A stretch of 52,104 bases of DNA, filler included, from Squatina squatina (Eukaryota), in assembly GCA_031763465.1 (NCBI GenBank). It is 2 parts of 2 records of this genome, joined end to end, with 100 filler letters (N's around TTAATTAATTAA, not from the genome) between each part and the next. Parts side by side here need not be neighbours in the genome. Positions count along the whole stretch, not along the records: positions 1 to 28,326 come from JARFOE010547346.1; 1 more part is not named here. One strand, given 5' to 3'. Shown one piece after another: positions 1-12,349 of the stretch. The notes below the pieces were generated by a model that worked only from the letters and a program-made list of their open reading frames with translations, ran no database searches and was not told the origin of the DNA. The position numbers and the translations under genes were made by a program. Every line of letters begins with the position of its first letter. The first letter of the stretch is position 1.

Positions 1-3000
1 GTTTGTAACCCAATGTTACTGGGCCTAGGCTAAAGCTCCAGTATGTAATCCAGTGTTACTGGGTCTATGCTAATGCTCCAGTGTGTAATCCAATGTGTCT
101 GGGTCTAGGATAAAGCTCCAGTGTCCAATCCAATGTTTCTGGGTCCACGGTAGAGCTCCAGTGTGCAATCCAATGTTACTGGTTCTATCATAAAGCTCCA
201 GTATCCAATCAATTGTTTCTGGGTCCACGGTAAAGCTCCAGTGTTGAATCCAATGTTTCTGGGTTTAGATAAAGCTCCAGTCTCTAAACCAATGTTTCTG
301 GATCTGGGTTGAAGATCCAGTCTGTAACCAAATTTTACTGGGTCTAGTGAAAAGCTGCAGTGTGTAAGCCAATGTTACTGGGTCCAGGGTAAAGTTCCAG
401 TGTGTAATCCAAAGTTTCTGGGTCTGGATTAAATCTCCAATGTGTAATCCAATGTTTCTGCTTCTAGGGAAAACCTCCAGTGTGTAGCCCATTGTTACTG
501 CGGGTAGGTTAATCCTCCAGTGTGTAACCAATGTTTCTGGGCCCAGGATAAACCTCCAGTGTGTAACCCAATGTTACTAGGTCTATGGTAAAGCTCCATT
601 GTGTAACCAAAAGTTTCTGTGGCTGGATTAAAGCTACAGTGTTTAATCTAATGTTTCTGGGTCGAGGGTAAAGCTCCAGTGTGTAATCCAATGTCCCTGG
701 GTGTAGACTAAAGCTCCAGTTTGCAACTCAATGTTACTGGGCCTAGGCTAAAGCTCCAGTTTGTAACCCAATGTTACTGGGTCTATGGTAAAGCTCCAGT
801 ATATAACCCAATGTGTCTGGGTCTAGGATAAAGCTCCAGTGTCCAAGCCAATGTTACTGATTCTATCATAAAGCTCCAGTATCCAATCAATTGTTTCTGG
901 GTCCACGGTAAAGCTCCAGTGTTGAATCCAATGTCTCTGGGTTTAGGGTAAAGCTCCAGTCTCTAAACCAATGTTTCTGGATCTGGGTTAAAGCTCCAGT
1001 CTGTAACCACATTTTAGTGGGTCTAGTGAAAAGCTGCAGTGTGTAAGCCAATGCGAATGGGTCCAGGGTAAAGGTCCAGTGTGTAATCCAATGTTTCTTG
1101 GTCTGGATTAAATCTCCAATGTGTAATCCAATGTTTCAGGTTCGAGGGAAAACCTCCAGTGTGTAGCCCAATGTTTCTGGGGGTAGGTTAATCCTCCCGT
1201 GTGTAACCAATGTTTCTGGGCCCAGGATAAACCTCCAGTGTGTAACGCAATGTCTGCAAGTCTATGGTAAAGCTCCATTGTGTAATCAAAAGTGTCTGTG
1301 GCTGGTTTAAACCTCCAGTGTTTAATCCAATGTTTCTGCATCTAGGGGAAAGCTCCAGTGTGTCATCCAATGTTTCTGGGTCTAAGGGTAATGCTCCAGT
1401 TTGTAATCCGATGTTTCTAGCCTCAAACAAAGCTTCAATGTGTAATCCAATGTTTCTGGGTCTCGAGACAAGCTCGAGTGTCTTACTCAATGTTATTGTG
1501 TCGAGGGTAAATCTCCAGTGTGCAGCCAATGTTTCTGGGCCGAGAGTAAAGCTTCAGTGTGTAATCCAATGTTTCTGGTTCGAGGGTAAAGCTCCAGTGT
1601 GTAATCCAATGTTTCTGAGTGTCGGCTAAAGCTCCAGTTTGCAACTCAATGTTACTGGGTATAGGCTAAACCTCCAGTTTGTAACCCAATGTTACTGGGT
1701 CTAGGGTAAAGCTCCAGTGTGTAATCCAGTGTTACTGGGTCTCGGGTAAAGCTCCAGTGTGTAATCGAATGTGTCTGGGTCTAGGATGAATCTCCAGTGT
1801 CCAATCCAATGTTTCTGGGTCCACGGTAAAGCTCCAGTGTGATATCCAATGCTACTGGTTCTATCGTAAAGCTCTAGTGTCCAATCAATCAAACAATTGT
1901 TTCCGAGTCCAAGGTAAATCTCCAGTGTGTAATACAAAGTTTATGGTTCTAGGGGAACAAACCCCAGTGTGTAAGCCAATGTTACTGGTTTTACGTAAAG
2001 TTCCAGTGTGTAATCCAATGTTTCTGGGCCCAGGCTACGCACCAGTGTGAAAGCCAATGTTTCGGGGCCCAGGATTAAGCTCGAGTTTGTAACCCAATGT
2101 TTCCGGGTCGAGGGTAAAGCTCCAGTGTGTAACCCAATATGACTGGGTATAGCGTAAAGCTCAAGTCTGTCATCCAATGTTTCTTGGTGTGTGGTAAAGC
2201 TCCATTGTTTAAACCAATGTTTCAAGTTTCCAGGTAAAGCTCCAGTGTGTAATGCAGTGTTACTCGGTCTAGGGTAAAGCTCCTGTGTGTAATCCAATGT
2301 TTCTGCATCTATGGTAAAGCTTCAATGTGTAATCCAATGTTTCTGGGCCTCGAATAAAGCTCCAGTGTCTTGCCCAATGTTACTCGGTCTCAGGTAAAGC
2401 TCCAGTGTGTAATCCAATGTTTCTGGGTGTAGGTTAAAGCTCCAGTTTGCAACTCAATGTTACTGGGTATAGGCTTTGCTCAATTTTGTAACCCAATGTG
2501 ACTGGATCTAGACTAAAGCTCCAGTGTGTAATCCAGTGTTTCTGGGTCTAGGCAAAAGCTCCAGTGTATAATCCAATGTGTCTTGGTCTAGGATAAAGCT
2601 CCGGTGTCCAATCCAATGTTTCTGGGTCCACGGTAAAGCTCCACTGTGCAATCCAATGCTACTGGTTCTATCGTAAAGCTCCAGTGTCCAATCAATTGTT
2701 TCTGGGTCCACGGTAAGGCTCCAATGTGTAAGACAATCTTTCTGGGTCGAGGTTAAAGCTCCAGTGTGTAATCCAATGTTTATGGTTCTATGGAAAAAAA
2801 ACCCAGTGTGTAACCCAATATTACTGGGTTTAGGGTAAAGTTCCAGTGTGTAATCCAATATTTCTGGGCCCAGGCTAAAGCACCAGTGTGTAAGCCAATG
2901 TTTCTGGGCCCTGGCTAACGCTCCAGTCTGTAAGCCAATGAATTTGGGCACTATCTAAATCTCCAGTATGTAACCCAATATTTCTGGGCCCAGGATTAAG

Positions 3001-6000
3001 TTCGAGTGGAAAACTCAATGTTTCTGGGTCTAGGTTAAATCTCCACTGTGTAACCCAATGGGACTGGGTATAGGGTAAAGCTCAAGTGTGTAATCCAATG
3101 TTTCTTGGTGTGTGGTAAAGCTCCATTGTTTAAACCAATGTTTCTAGGTCCCATGTAAAGCTCCAGTGTGTAATACCGTGTTACTGAGTCTAGGCTAAAG
3201 CTCCAGTGTGTAAACCAATGTTTCAAGATCCGAGGGAAAGCTCCAGTGCATAATGCAATGTTACTTGGTCTTGTGTAAAGCTCCTGTGTGTAGTCCAGTG
3301 TTTCTGCATCGATGGTAAAGCTCCAGTGTGTAATCCAATGTTCTGCGTCTCGCTTAAAGCTCCACTGCGTAACCTAACGTTTCTGGGCCCAGCAGAAAGC
3401 TCCTGTGTTTAATACAATGCTTCTGGGTCTAGCGTAAGCCTCCAGTGTGCAACCCTATGTTTCTGGGTCTAGGGTGAAGCTCCAGTGTGCAAACCAATGT
3501 TTCTGCATCTAGCGTAAAGCTTCAGTGTGGAATCCAAAGTTTCTGGGTCTATGGTAAAGTTTCAGTCTGTAATCCAATGTTTCTAGCCTCAAATAAAGTT
3601 TCAATGTGTAATCCAATGTTTCTGGGTCTCGAATAAAGCTCCAGTGTCTTACCCAATGTTACTCGGTTTGGGTAAAGCTCCAGTGTGTAATCCAATGTTA
3701 CTGGGTCTAAGGTAAAGCTCCAGTGTGTACTCCAATGTTTCTGGGTGAGGCTAAAGCTCCAGTGTATAATCAAATGGGTCTGTGTCTAGGATAAATCTCC
3801 AGTGTCCAATCCAATGTTTCTGGGTCCAGGAGAAAGCTCCAGTGTGCAATCCAATTTTAATGGTTCTATCGTAAATCTCTAGTGTCCAGTCAATTGTTTC
3901 TGGGTCCACGGTAAAGCTCCAGTGTGTAATCCAATGTTTCGGGGTCGAGGCTAAAGCTCCAGTGTGTAGTCCAATGTTTATGGTTCTAGGGAAAAACCCC
4001 AGTGTGTAACCCAATGTTACTGGGTTTAGGGTAAAGTTCCAGTGTGTAATCCAATGTTTCTGTGCCCAGGCTAACGCTCCAGTGCGTAATCCAATGTATT
4101 TGGGCCCAGTCTCAATCTCCAGTATGTAATCCAATGGTTCTGGGCCCACGATTAAGCTCCTGTGTTTAATACAATGCTTCTGGGTCTCGCCTCAAGCTCC
4201 AGTATGCAATCCAATGTTTCTGGGTCTAGGGTAAAGCTCCAGTTTGCAACCCAATGTTACTGCGTCTAGGTTAAAGCTCCAGTGTGCAACCCAATGTTTC
4301 TGGTTCTACAGTTATGTTCCAGTGTGTAACCCAAAGAATCTGGGTCTCGGATAAAGCTCCGTTGTCTAATCCAATCTTTCTGGGTCTAGGCTAAAGCTGC
4401 TGCATTTAATCCAGTGTCTCTGGGTTGGGTAAAGCTCCAGTGTCTAATCCAATGTTCCTGCATCTAGGTTAAAGTTCTTGTGTTTAATCCAATGTTTCTG
4501 GGGAAGGCTAAAGCTCCAGTGTGTAATCCAATGTTTCTGGGGAGAGGAAAAATCTCCAGTGTGTAGCCAATGTTTCTGGGCCTAGCATAAATCTTCAATG
4601 TGTAATCCAATGTTTCTGGGTGTAGGCTAATGCTCTAGTTTGCAACTCAATGTTACTGGGTCTAGGCTAAAGCTACAGTTTGTAATCTAAGGTTACTGGG
4701 TCTCGGCTAAAGCTCCAGTGTATAATCTATTGTGTCTGGGTCTCGGATAAAGCTCCATTGTCCAATCCAATGATTCTGGGTCCATGGTAAAGCTCCAGTG
4801 TGCAATCCAATGTTACTGGGTTTAGGGTAAAGCTGCTGTGTCCAAACCAATGTTTCTGGATCTAGGTTAAAGCTGCAGTGTGTAAACCAATGTTACTGGG
4901 CTTAGGTTAAATCTCCAGTGTGTAACCCAATTTTACTGGGTCTAGTGAACAGGTCTAGCATGTAAACCAATGTTTCTGGGTCTTGGCTAAAGCTCCAGTG
5001 TGTAAGCCAATGTTTCTGGGATCTACGGTAAAGCTCCAGTTTGTAACTCAAATTGTCTGGACTATGTTAAAGCTCCAGTCTCAAGTCCATTGTTTCTGGG
5101 TCTCGGGTAAAGCTCCAGTGTGGAATTCAATGTTTCTGTGCCCAGTCTGAAGATCCACTGTGTAAACCACTGTTTCTCGGTCTAGTTTAAAGCTCCAGCG
5201 TGTACCCCAATGTTTCTGGTTCTAGTTTAAAGCTCAAGTGTATAATCCAATGTTTCTGGTTCTTGGCTAAAGCTCCAGTGTGTAATCCAAACTTTCTGTG
5301 TCTAGGTTAAAGTTCCAGTGTGTAACCCAATGTTTCTGGGCCCAGTATAAAGATCCAGTGTCTAATCCAATGTTTCTGGGCCGAGGCTAATACTCCAATC
5401 TGTTTCCAATATTTCTGGGTCTAAGGGTAACCTCCAGTGTGTAATCCACTGATTCTGCACCGAGGATAAAGCTCCAGTGTGCAATCCAATGTTTCTGGGT
5501 CTACGGTAAAGCTCCAGTGTGTGACCCAATGTTTCTGGGTCTAGGTTAAAGCTCAGTGTGTTTTCAATGTTTCTGGGTCTAACGGGAACGTCCATTGTGT
5601 AATTCAGTGTTTATGGGTCTAGGATAAAGCTCCAGTGTGTAATCCAATCTTTCTGGGTCCAGGACAAATCACCAATGTGTTACCCAATGTTCCTGGTTCT
5701 ATGTTCACGTTGCAGTGTGTAATCCAATGTTTCTGGGTCGCGGGTAAAAATCCAATGTATAATCCAATATTTATGGGTCTATAGTAAACATCTAGTGTGT
5801 AATCCAATGTTTCTGGGTCTAGCGTGAAGCTCCAGTGTGTAAACCCATGTTGCTGGGCCTAGTGTCAAGCTGCAGTGTGTAATCCAATGTTCCTGGATCC
5901 AGGGTAATGTTCCAGTTTGTAACCCAATGTTACTGTGTTTAGGCTAAAGCTCCAGTGTGTAAACCAATGTTTCTGGGTCGCGGGCAAAGATCCAGTGTTT

Positions 6001-6770
6001 AGTTCAATGTTTCAGGTTCTAGGGTAAAGCTCCAGTGTGTACTCCAATGTTCCTGGATCTCGGGTAAACCTCCAGTGTGTAATCCAATGTTTCTGTGTCT
6101 AGGCTAAAGAGCTAGTAAATAATCCAATGTTTCTGGGTCCAGGGTGAAGCTCCAGTGCGTAAACAAATGTTTCTGGGTCGAGGATAATGCTCCAGATTAT
6201 AAGCCAATGTTTCTGTGTCTGGTGATAAGTTCCAGTGTGAAATCTAATGATTCTGGGTCTTGTTTAAAGCTCCAGTGTGTAACCCACTGTTTCTGGGTCT
6301 AGATTAAAGCTTCAATCTCTAATCCAATTTTTCTGGGTCTACGGAAAAGCTCCAGCGTGAAATCTAATGTTGCTGTGTTCTGGGTAAAGCTCCAGTCTGT
6401 AATCTAATGTTTCTGTGTCTAGGGTAAAGCTCCAGTGTTTAATCCAATGTTTCTGTCTCTAGAGTAAAGCTCCAGTGTGAAATCTAATGTTTCTGCGTCT
6501 CGGATAAAGCTCCAGTGTGTAATCCAATGTTACTGGTTCTCGGGTAAAGCTCCAGTGTGTAAACTAATGTTTCTCGGTCTGGGATAAAGCTCCAGTGTGT
6601 AACCCAATGTTTCTGATTCTCGGTCAAAGCTCCAGTGTGTAATCCAATGTTTCTAGGTCTAGGGTATAGCTCCAGTGTGTAAGCCAATGTTTCTGTGTCG
6701 AAGGTAAAGCTCCAGTTTCTATTCCAATGTTACTGGTTCTCGGGTAAAGCTCCAGTGTGTAACCCAATGT
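1..6770. repeat. 40-bp tandem satellite array (~170 monomers), consensus GGGTCTAGGGTAAAGCTCCAGTGTGTAATCCAATGTTTCT
   Basis: AAAGCTCCAGTGTGTAATCCAATGTTTCTGG recurs every ~40 nt from the window start to 6770. Monomers are moderately diverged. Confidence 0.97.
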
Positions 6771-8108
6771 AATGCGCGCACATTGCTCCGTAACACTCGT
6801 ACCTTTATCTGTAGGCAGAGAGCCATTGGCTGTCTGGTTGTTCATGTTACAAGGACTTAAAGGCAAATGGACGTTTTGTGAGAGCGTTGCGGATGAACAC
6901 AGACAGCACACAGTGTTTAATGCTCAACAGAGAGTGGGAACTTTTATTATTTTCAATATAGATTTACTTTACACACAGTATTGACAAGGGAAAACGTGAG
7001 GGACACCAGCACTTTCCATTCCCCTGTTTGAGCCCCTGACTGTTCGGGAGAGTGTAGCCCACGTGTGCTAATCTCACCAATCCCATGTTTCTTCTCTGGG
7101 TGTGTTTCGATGTTGCTGGCGAAGCGGAGCTGGATGAAGCCCGAAGTACAGAAGCGTGTCTCACCAAGCTGAATCCATTCTTCTCCTCTCTTGAAGCTCC
7201 ACGAAGTGAAGTTATTCTTGATCTGCACGAAGCACCAAGCTACTGAAGCCAAAACGAACGAAGCCGCTGGAGCCTCTTGCTGAGAGCCAGTTATACTGTT
7301 TGGAAATGTAAATTCTGTTCACGCCAAAAATACCGTGTGGACGGTATTAAAATATTGAAAAGTACTTTTGAATTGTAGGCCCATTTTAGTACCTTTGGGT
7401 CTGGGGTTTCTTCGGAGAGGACAATAGTTCTCCCGGCGTTTTGTTTACAGATTAATGTTGTATCGAAAGGTTTTGATGGCTCAATATCTGTGTCATTAGC
7501 TTTGATTACAGGATACTGGACACCTTTAGTGTTTGTTATGATTGAAGCTATATTACTCTGCACTTTGTTTTGGTTTTTACTCCTTTAAGCAACTCTGGTT
7601 GTTGACAGCCAATCGTCCTCATTAATAATGTCTTTGAAATGAGTTTGTCTTCAGAATGTGTGGTCTTCAGCAAGGACCTGCTGGCCCAAACCTTTTTTTT
7701 TACGGTCGATTGTCGCAGAACCAGTTTATTTAAGTAAGTAGGGCGATGTACCTAACCACTGTGTGTATTCATCTCGTGGGCTGAGTAAAAGTCAGTTTTC
7801 GGTGCAAGAGCAAAGGTCTCTGTATATTTTCCCTAATGTTGTTACATTGGTACTATTAACAGTTTTCAAACTGTAAAATCATGTTTGTCCCGGCAGCTGG
7901 GCTTTCTGTGAGTTGTTAAAATAAATGTGTCTGCAGCCCCTGTGGCTGGAGTTTTCCAATTACCATATGTATTATCTCTGTTGATTGACAGGAGTCTGCA
8001 GTTATTTTCCCACCTGCCAGTTCTTAGTCTGCAGTTTAAATTCCTGACCCCTGTCCACCATTTTGTTCCTGACCTCACAAGTATTCACCATTTTGGACGA
8101 TGCTTACA
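6771..8108 (-). repeat. 3' LTR (~1.34 kb; the terminal ~40 nt of U5 is missing at the satellite junction)
   Basis: Begins TGTAAG at 8108 on the minus strand, right after the PPT, and aligns with 14728-16390. TATAA at 7291-7295 and AATAAA at 6943-6948 (minus). Confidence 0.88.
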
Positions 8109-8110
8109 GA

Positions 8111-8119
8111 CCCCCCTTC
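8111..8119 (-). other. Polypurine tract
   Basis: Minus strand reads GAAGGGGGG-TC-TGTAAG immediately before the 3' LTR start. Confidence 0.8.
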
Positions 8120-8499
8120 AAGCGTGAAGTTGCCTGAGCTTCCTGATCCCTTGAGTGAAGACATCGGCCGAAATGGGTGGCAACAGGGCTTTCAAGTGTC
8201 TCAAGCGGTCTCTCCTGAATTCGATATTAACTCCCCACCATCCCTTAGACTCATGGTCTTAAGCTACACGGTCGGGTTCCCCGGGGCTCCCGCCCTGCTC
8301 CCGTTCCCCGTCCTTGGGTGTGATGGGCGACTGGTCTTTCTCAGTGCATTCCAACCTTGACACACATACTTACAGTTATCCATACTACACATTTACCCGT
8401 ATTACAAAAATTGAAGGAACAGGTAAACTTCTAAAAGTTTCCCCGCATCCGACACTTTATATACGCATGCCTCCTCAGTAACTGAACTGCGCTCCATTC

Positions 8500-8796
8500 C
8501 CGCGCTTAATCCTTATTTAGAGTAGCTACAAACAAGATGGAAGAGCAAACAGGTTATGAAAAAGAGTCTGGGTTGTTTTGATGCTGCAGAGTTTTGAAAG
8601 GAACCCCAGCTCCAAGCACCGTCTGTCCGGGGGTTTGTCCCGCACCTCCTTCTGGGACCATGGGGCCACTGCCTCCGGTGCAGCCGGATACCAGTGAGCT
8701 CTCTATGTCGCCCCTTCGGGCACGTCTGTGAAATGTGAAGGTGTTGAGGAAGATCCAGAGTCCTTTTATTGCTCCTTTTTGACATCGTGTCTTCAT
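8500..8796 (-). pseudogene. Possible env-like remnant, heavily deleted
   Basis: ATG 4 nt after a pyrimidine-rich ...TTTCAAG acceptor-like site. RRARR furin-like motif at 8713-8727. Downstream WSWG plus hydrophobic LFFITCLLFHLVCSY in another frame. It lies between pol and the PPT. Confidence 0.3.
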
Positions 8797-9422
8797 GATT
8801 CTTGAAAGCAAAGAATAATGAAAAAGGTTGTCCTGGCATCTGCTTCCACCAGAAGTGGGTGCTGTCCCAGCAGCACACCCACCAATGGGGGACTCCATTC
8901 TCTGGCGCTCCCTCCCCAGATCCGTTGCCAGTTGTTGGGGAGGAAGATGGAACCCCTGCAGCCCCAACCTGAGGCCCCCGTGTTCCACTGCCTGCTGGGG
9001 ATCGCCCGTGTCATCCTCCCATGTTGTCCTAGGTGGCATAACATCGGTCATCCAGTCAGCTGGGCCAGATTAAGGATCCACCCGCATTCTTTTCTCTCTC
9101 CCTGGGGTGTAACGCTTGCACTGGTTGATGTGCAAACACCTGTTGTTTTGTTTTGCCAAGTCTTTCCCGACTCCTGGAAAGTAAGAATGGAAGAAAAAGG
9201 TCGTCCTGGCCGCGGTATCCGCCAGGGTCGACTGCTGTCCGTGTTCTATAGTCACCTGTGTAGGCAGCACTGGGACTCGCTGGGCACGGTTGGGGACCGG
9301 TCGCCGGGGAGGAAGGTGGAATCCAGGGTATCGCGAGCTGAGGTAGAGCTTCCCTGTGATCTTTCATCTGCTGCAGATCACCCGTATCTTCCTCCCACGT
9401 TGACCGTGGCAGCTGTAACTCG

Positions 9423-9700
9423 GGCAGGGGTCTGCTGAAGTCAGTTTCGTCTGACCTCCATGGTGTATCGACCCGCCTATGTGTCCCATGAGGAGTTCCG
9501 TTTCTGAAGGGCAGGGTTATCAGCAGCGCAGATGAGGCATCCCGCACAGTACCCTCTCACATCCTCCCCCAACTTTAGCCACCAAACGGGTTCTCCCACC
9601 CCTGCCCACGTGGTTTCTGGATCAGGGTGTCCGACCTCTGGACCCCATCTGCTATTCTCAAGAAGTCTCCCCGGTGCGCAACTGCGGCACCCACCGCTCT
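9423..9700 (-). pseudogene. Integrase N-terminal zinc-binding domain and start of core (the core is deleted)
   Basis: GHP...WW.KLGEDVRGYCAGCLIC, then PW....DFSRPLP (the D-F-x-G-P-L-P motif). The rest of the DDE core is absent. Confidence 0.8.
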
Positions 9701-9869
9701 CCCCTAAAGAACATGCCCTCCCATAAGGTGAAATCCGCTGCCCCAAACGGCGCCTTAGCTTGCTGTTCTGCCTGCTTTGCTGAAAAGGCTTCGTTAAGCT
9801 GTGGATCTCCCTTCGGTAATGACCAAAGTTCTGTTGCCAAAATTATCCCTGGGGTCGGTACCTTCACCT

Positions 9870-10345
9870 GCAGCACGTCGATGGCATACGGATCCCACTC
9901 CTCCCTCGTGCGTGCCCCCTTCTTTGCTAACTCGGCGGCTCGGGCATTACCTTCCCACCAGGGCTCAAGTTTTGAATGTGCCCTAACTTTGTGGATGTAC
10001 TGAGAGTCCCCTCCCTGCACTACCTCCAAGATCTTCTTTAAGAGCGGGGCTGTTGTCAGAGGCCCGCCATCCAGGGCCGTTAACCCCCGTCTACACCATA
10101 GTGCCAGATACTCCATGCATGCGTTGCATGTAAACATGGAGTCCAAGCATATGGTTTAGGGTGTTGGGAACAGCTGTGGGTGGGTAACCACGTACGCCAC
10201 TACGTGCAGCTCAGCGTGTTGGGCGCCCATCTGACCCAGGAGTTTAATTGCCCTGGACATTCTGGCCTGGGGGTCATAAATTCCGCAGTAGTGAGCCTCT
10301 TCCCGTCCACCATGAAGCTCCACCCGTCCACGTATGTGTCCCATC
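9870..10345 (-). pseudogene. Second (retroviral-type) RNase H
   Basis: YVDG (10323-10334), AQHAEL, ICLDS, YIHKVRAHS and EGNARAAELAK, read across one frameshift and one stop. Confidence 0.85.
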
Positions 10346-10469
10346 CCCTGGGACATAATCCGGCTCTGAAACCCAGATCGTGGTCCCACCCCCACGACCA
10401 TACACTTGTGTGTTGCCCCTACATACAACAAATATATCGCTAACCAAGGTTCCGATAATAACTGGATGC

Positions 10470-10800
10470 GGATAGGGTTTGGGCCAGGAGCAGGGTCCAG
10501 CGTGTTATGCGCGCATTGCTGACGGACACATTCTTTATCTGCCCATCCAACAACATTGCTGTCGGTGTGTGGTTGGCGAGTGGCGTGATGGAAGAAAGGC
10601 TTGTGAAAGGCAAAAAGTGCTTTATTGCCCAGTAGTTAGCCAGGAGGTGCCGGTCACAGTTCGAGGAACTTTTTCTCGACTCCGGTGAATACTCGAGATG
10701 CATACACCACCGGCCTCAGCATGCCATGGCGTTCCTGCATCAGCACCGCTCCTAAACTGTGCTCACTGGCATCCGCCTCTAAGAAGAACTCCTCCATTGC
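10470..10800 (-). pseudogene. First (Ty3/gypsy-type) RNase H, degenerate tether/connection domain
   Basis: FFLEADASEHSLGAVLMQ..PVVYASR...CDRHLLANYWAIKHF...ANHTP...ARITRW. The catalytic E and second D positions are replaced. Confidence 0.85.
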
Positions 10801-11745
10801 ATTTATGGCTCCCAGGGCTGGGGCGCTCTGCAGGTCGCGTTTTATTTGCTCTAACGCGTCCTGGCAGGACGTATCCCATTCCCAGGTGAGGCATTTATGC
10901 AGAACGCATAGCAGGGGAGCAGCGGTCCCCGCATAGCCCTCAATGAAGTCCCGGCAGTACCCGGTAAGCCCCAGGAAGGACCTACTCCCCGTCACATCCC
11001 TGGATATGGGTAGCTGCTGTACAGCTTCCTGCCTAGCTTCATCGATGTCTCTCTCCCCTCCCCGTACAGTCAGTCCCAGGAATTTCACTTCCCGCTGACC
11101 TATTTGGCCCATCTGAGGGTTTACCTTGAACCCGCTCTGGTGGAGCAATTCTAGCAGCTCCACCAGCAACGCTACATGCTCCTCCTCGTTGTCTGTGAAC
11201 AACAGGAGGTCGTCCACATACTGCAAAAGCTGAGCAGGCTTGCTGAACGGCTTCAGCGTGTTCGCCATGCCTTGTTGGAATATGGACAGACTGATTTGGA
11301 AACTTTGTGGAAGGCAGGTCCACGTATACTTTTGCCCATGGAACGTGAACGCAAATTTGTACTGGTCTTCTCGGCGCAACGGGATGGACCACAAATCGTT
11401 GGAGATGTCCAGCACCGAGAAGACCATGGCAGTGTTGGTGATGGTCCCTATCAAGTCAGTCGCTCGGCCCACGGTGGGGGCACAAGCCGGGAGGTTCTTG
11501 CTCAGGACCCGATCGTCCACGGTTGCTCGCCATGAGCCGTCCGGTATTCAGACTGGCAGAGAGGAGTTTACTTGGGTCGCTATCGGCCTGAGAACCCCCT
11601 GCCTGATTAAGGATTCTAGGGCCGTGGCCAAATCTGCCTCGGCCTCTCGGGGGAAGTTGTACTGTTGGATAGGTCGGGACATCGGGTCCCCCTCTATCCG
11701 AATGCTCCACTGCGGTCATTCGCCCACAATCGTGCTTGTGCGTGG
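10800..11745 (-). pseudogene. Reverse transcriptase (YVDD type), defective
   Basis: HKHDCGRM leader, VLDISNDLWSIPL, KFAFTF, WTCLPQ, LLQYVDDLLL, VKFLG, SFLGLTGYCRDFI. There are upstream stops and frameshifts. Confidence 0.95.
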
Positions 11746-11824
11746 CTCCTGCAACACGGTGTCCCCTGACATCGTGGAATGCGGGGGTCGGGGGGGGGGG
11801 GTCGTACTGGGATTTGGGCTGCAT

Positions 11825-12240
11825 TTAGCACACTTTCACATTACCCCCCGGATCCCGGGGAATTACCGCCACCGTGCGGCTATTCCATCTGGTGCAACTG
11901 CGCCAAAGGCAGTTGTTCTGCAGGTCGAGGATGATCCGTTGGGCCAGAAGAAAGTCGGCCCCAATCACCCCCGAGCCACAGTGTCTCCACTGGACCAAAA
12001 CAGTTTTCCAGCGTGTTTGTAATTTCCCAATCTTATGGTGTGGTGGTTTGGATACAACGCCAGCCTGCTCGTTCACCGTGAACTCTGCTAACATGTACTG
12101 GGTCCCACTCCAACGGGGGGAGTTCTCGGCATCTGGATCGTGGATCACCGTGCTCGACACCCCGGTGTCGATCAGATTCTCCCCGAAATGTCCCTCCACC
12201 TCCATCTCTACACAGGGCCGATCCCACTTGTTGTAATAGA
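11825..12240 (-). pseudogene. Retroviral aspartic protease
   Basis: LIDTG active site and VIGADFL motif in ORF 11825-12205. Confidence 0.9.
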
Positions 12241-12349
12241 TGTGGCAGAGAAAAAAAGGCTTCGTCGTGCCTCGACAATGGGGTTGTATTTTGGACGGAG
12301 TGTCCTGTGTGTGGGAAGTGGTAGCTGGTCAAACGGTCGCCACGGGGCC

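Noticed and set aside
1-6770. CRISPR-like array or repeat-protein ORFs
   Set aside because: The monomers are head-to-tail with no unique spacers, there are no cas genes, and the context is eukaryotic. The ORFs are translations of a 40-bp unit and shift frame constantly.
11240-12022. 260-aa plus-strand ORF and other antisense ORFs in the retroelement
   Set aside because: These are antisense shadows of GC-rich pol with no motifs.
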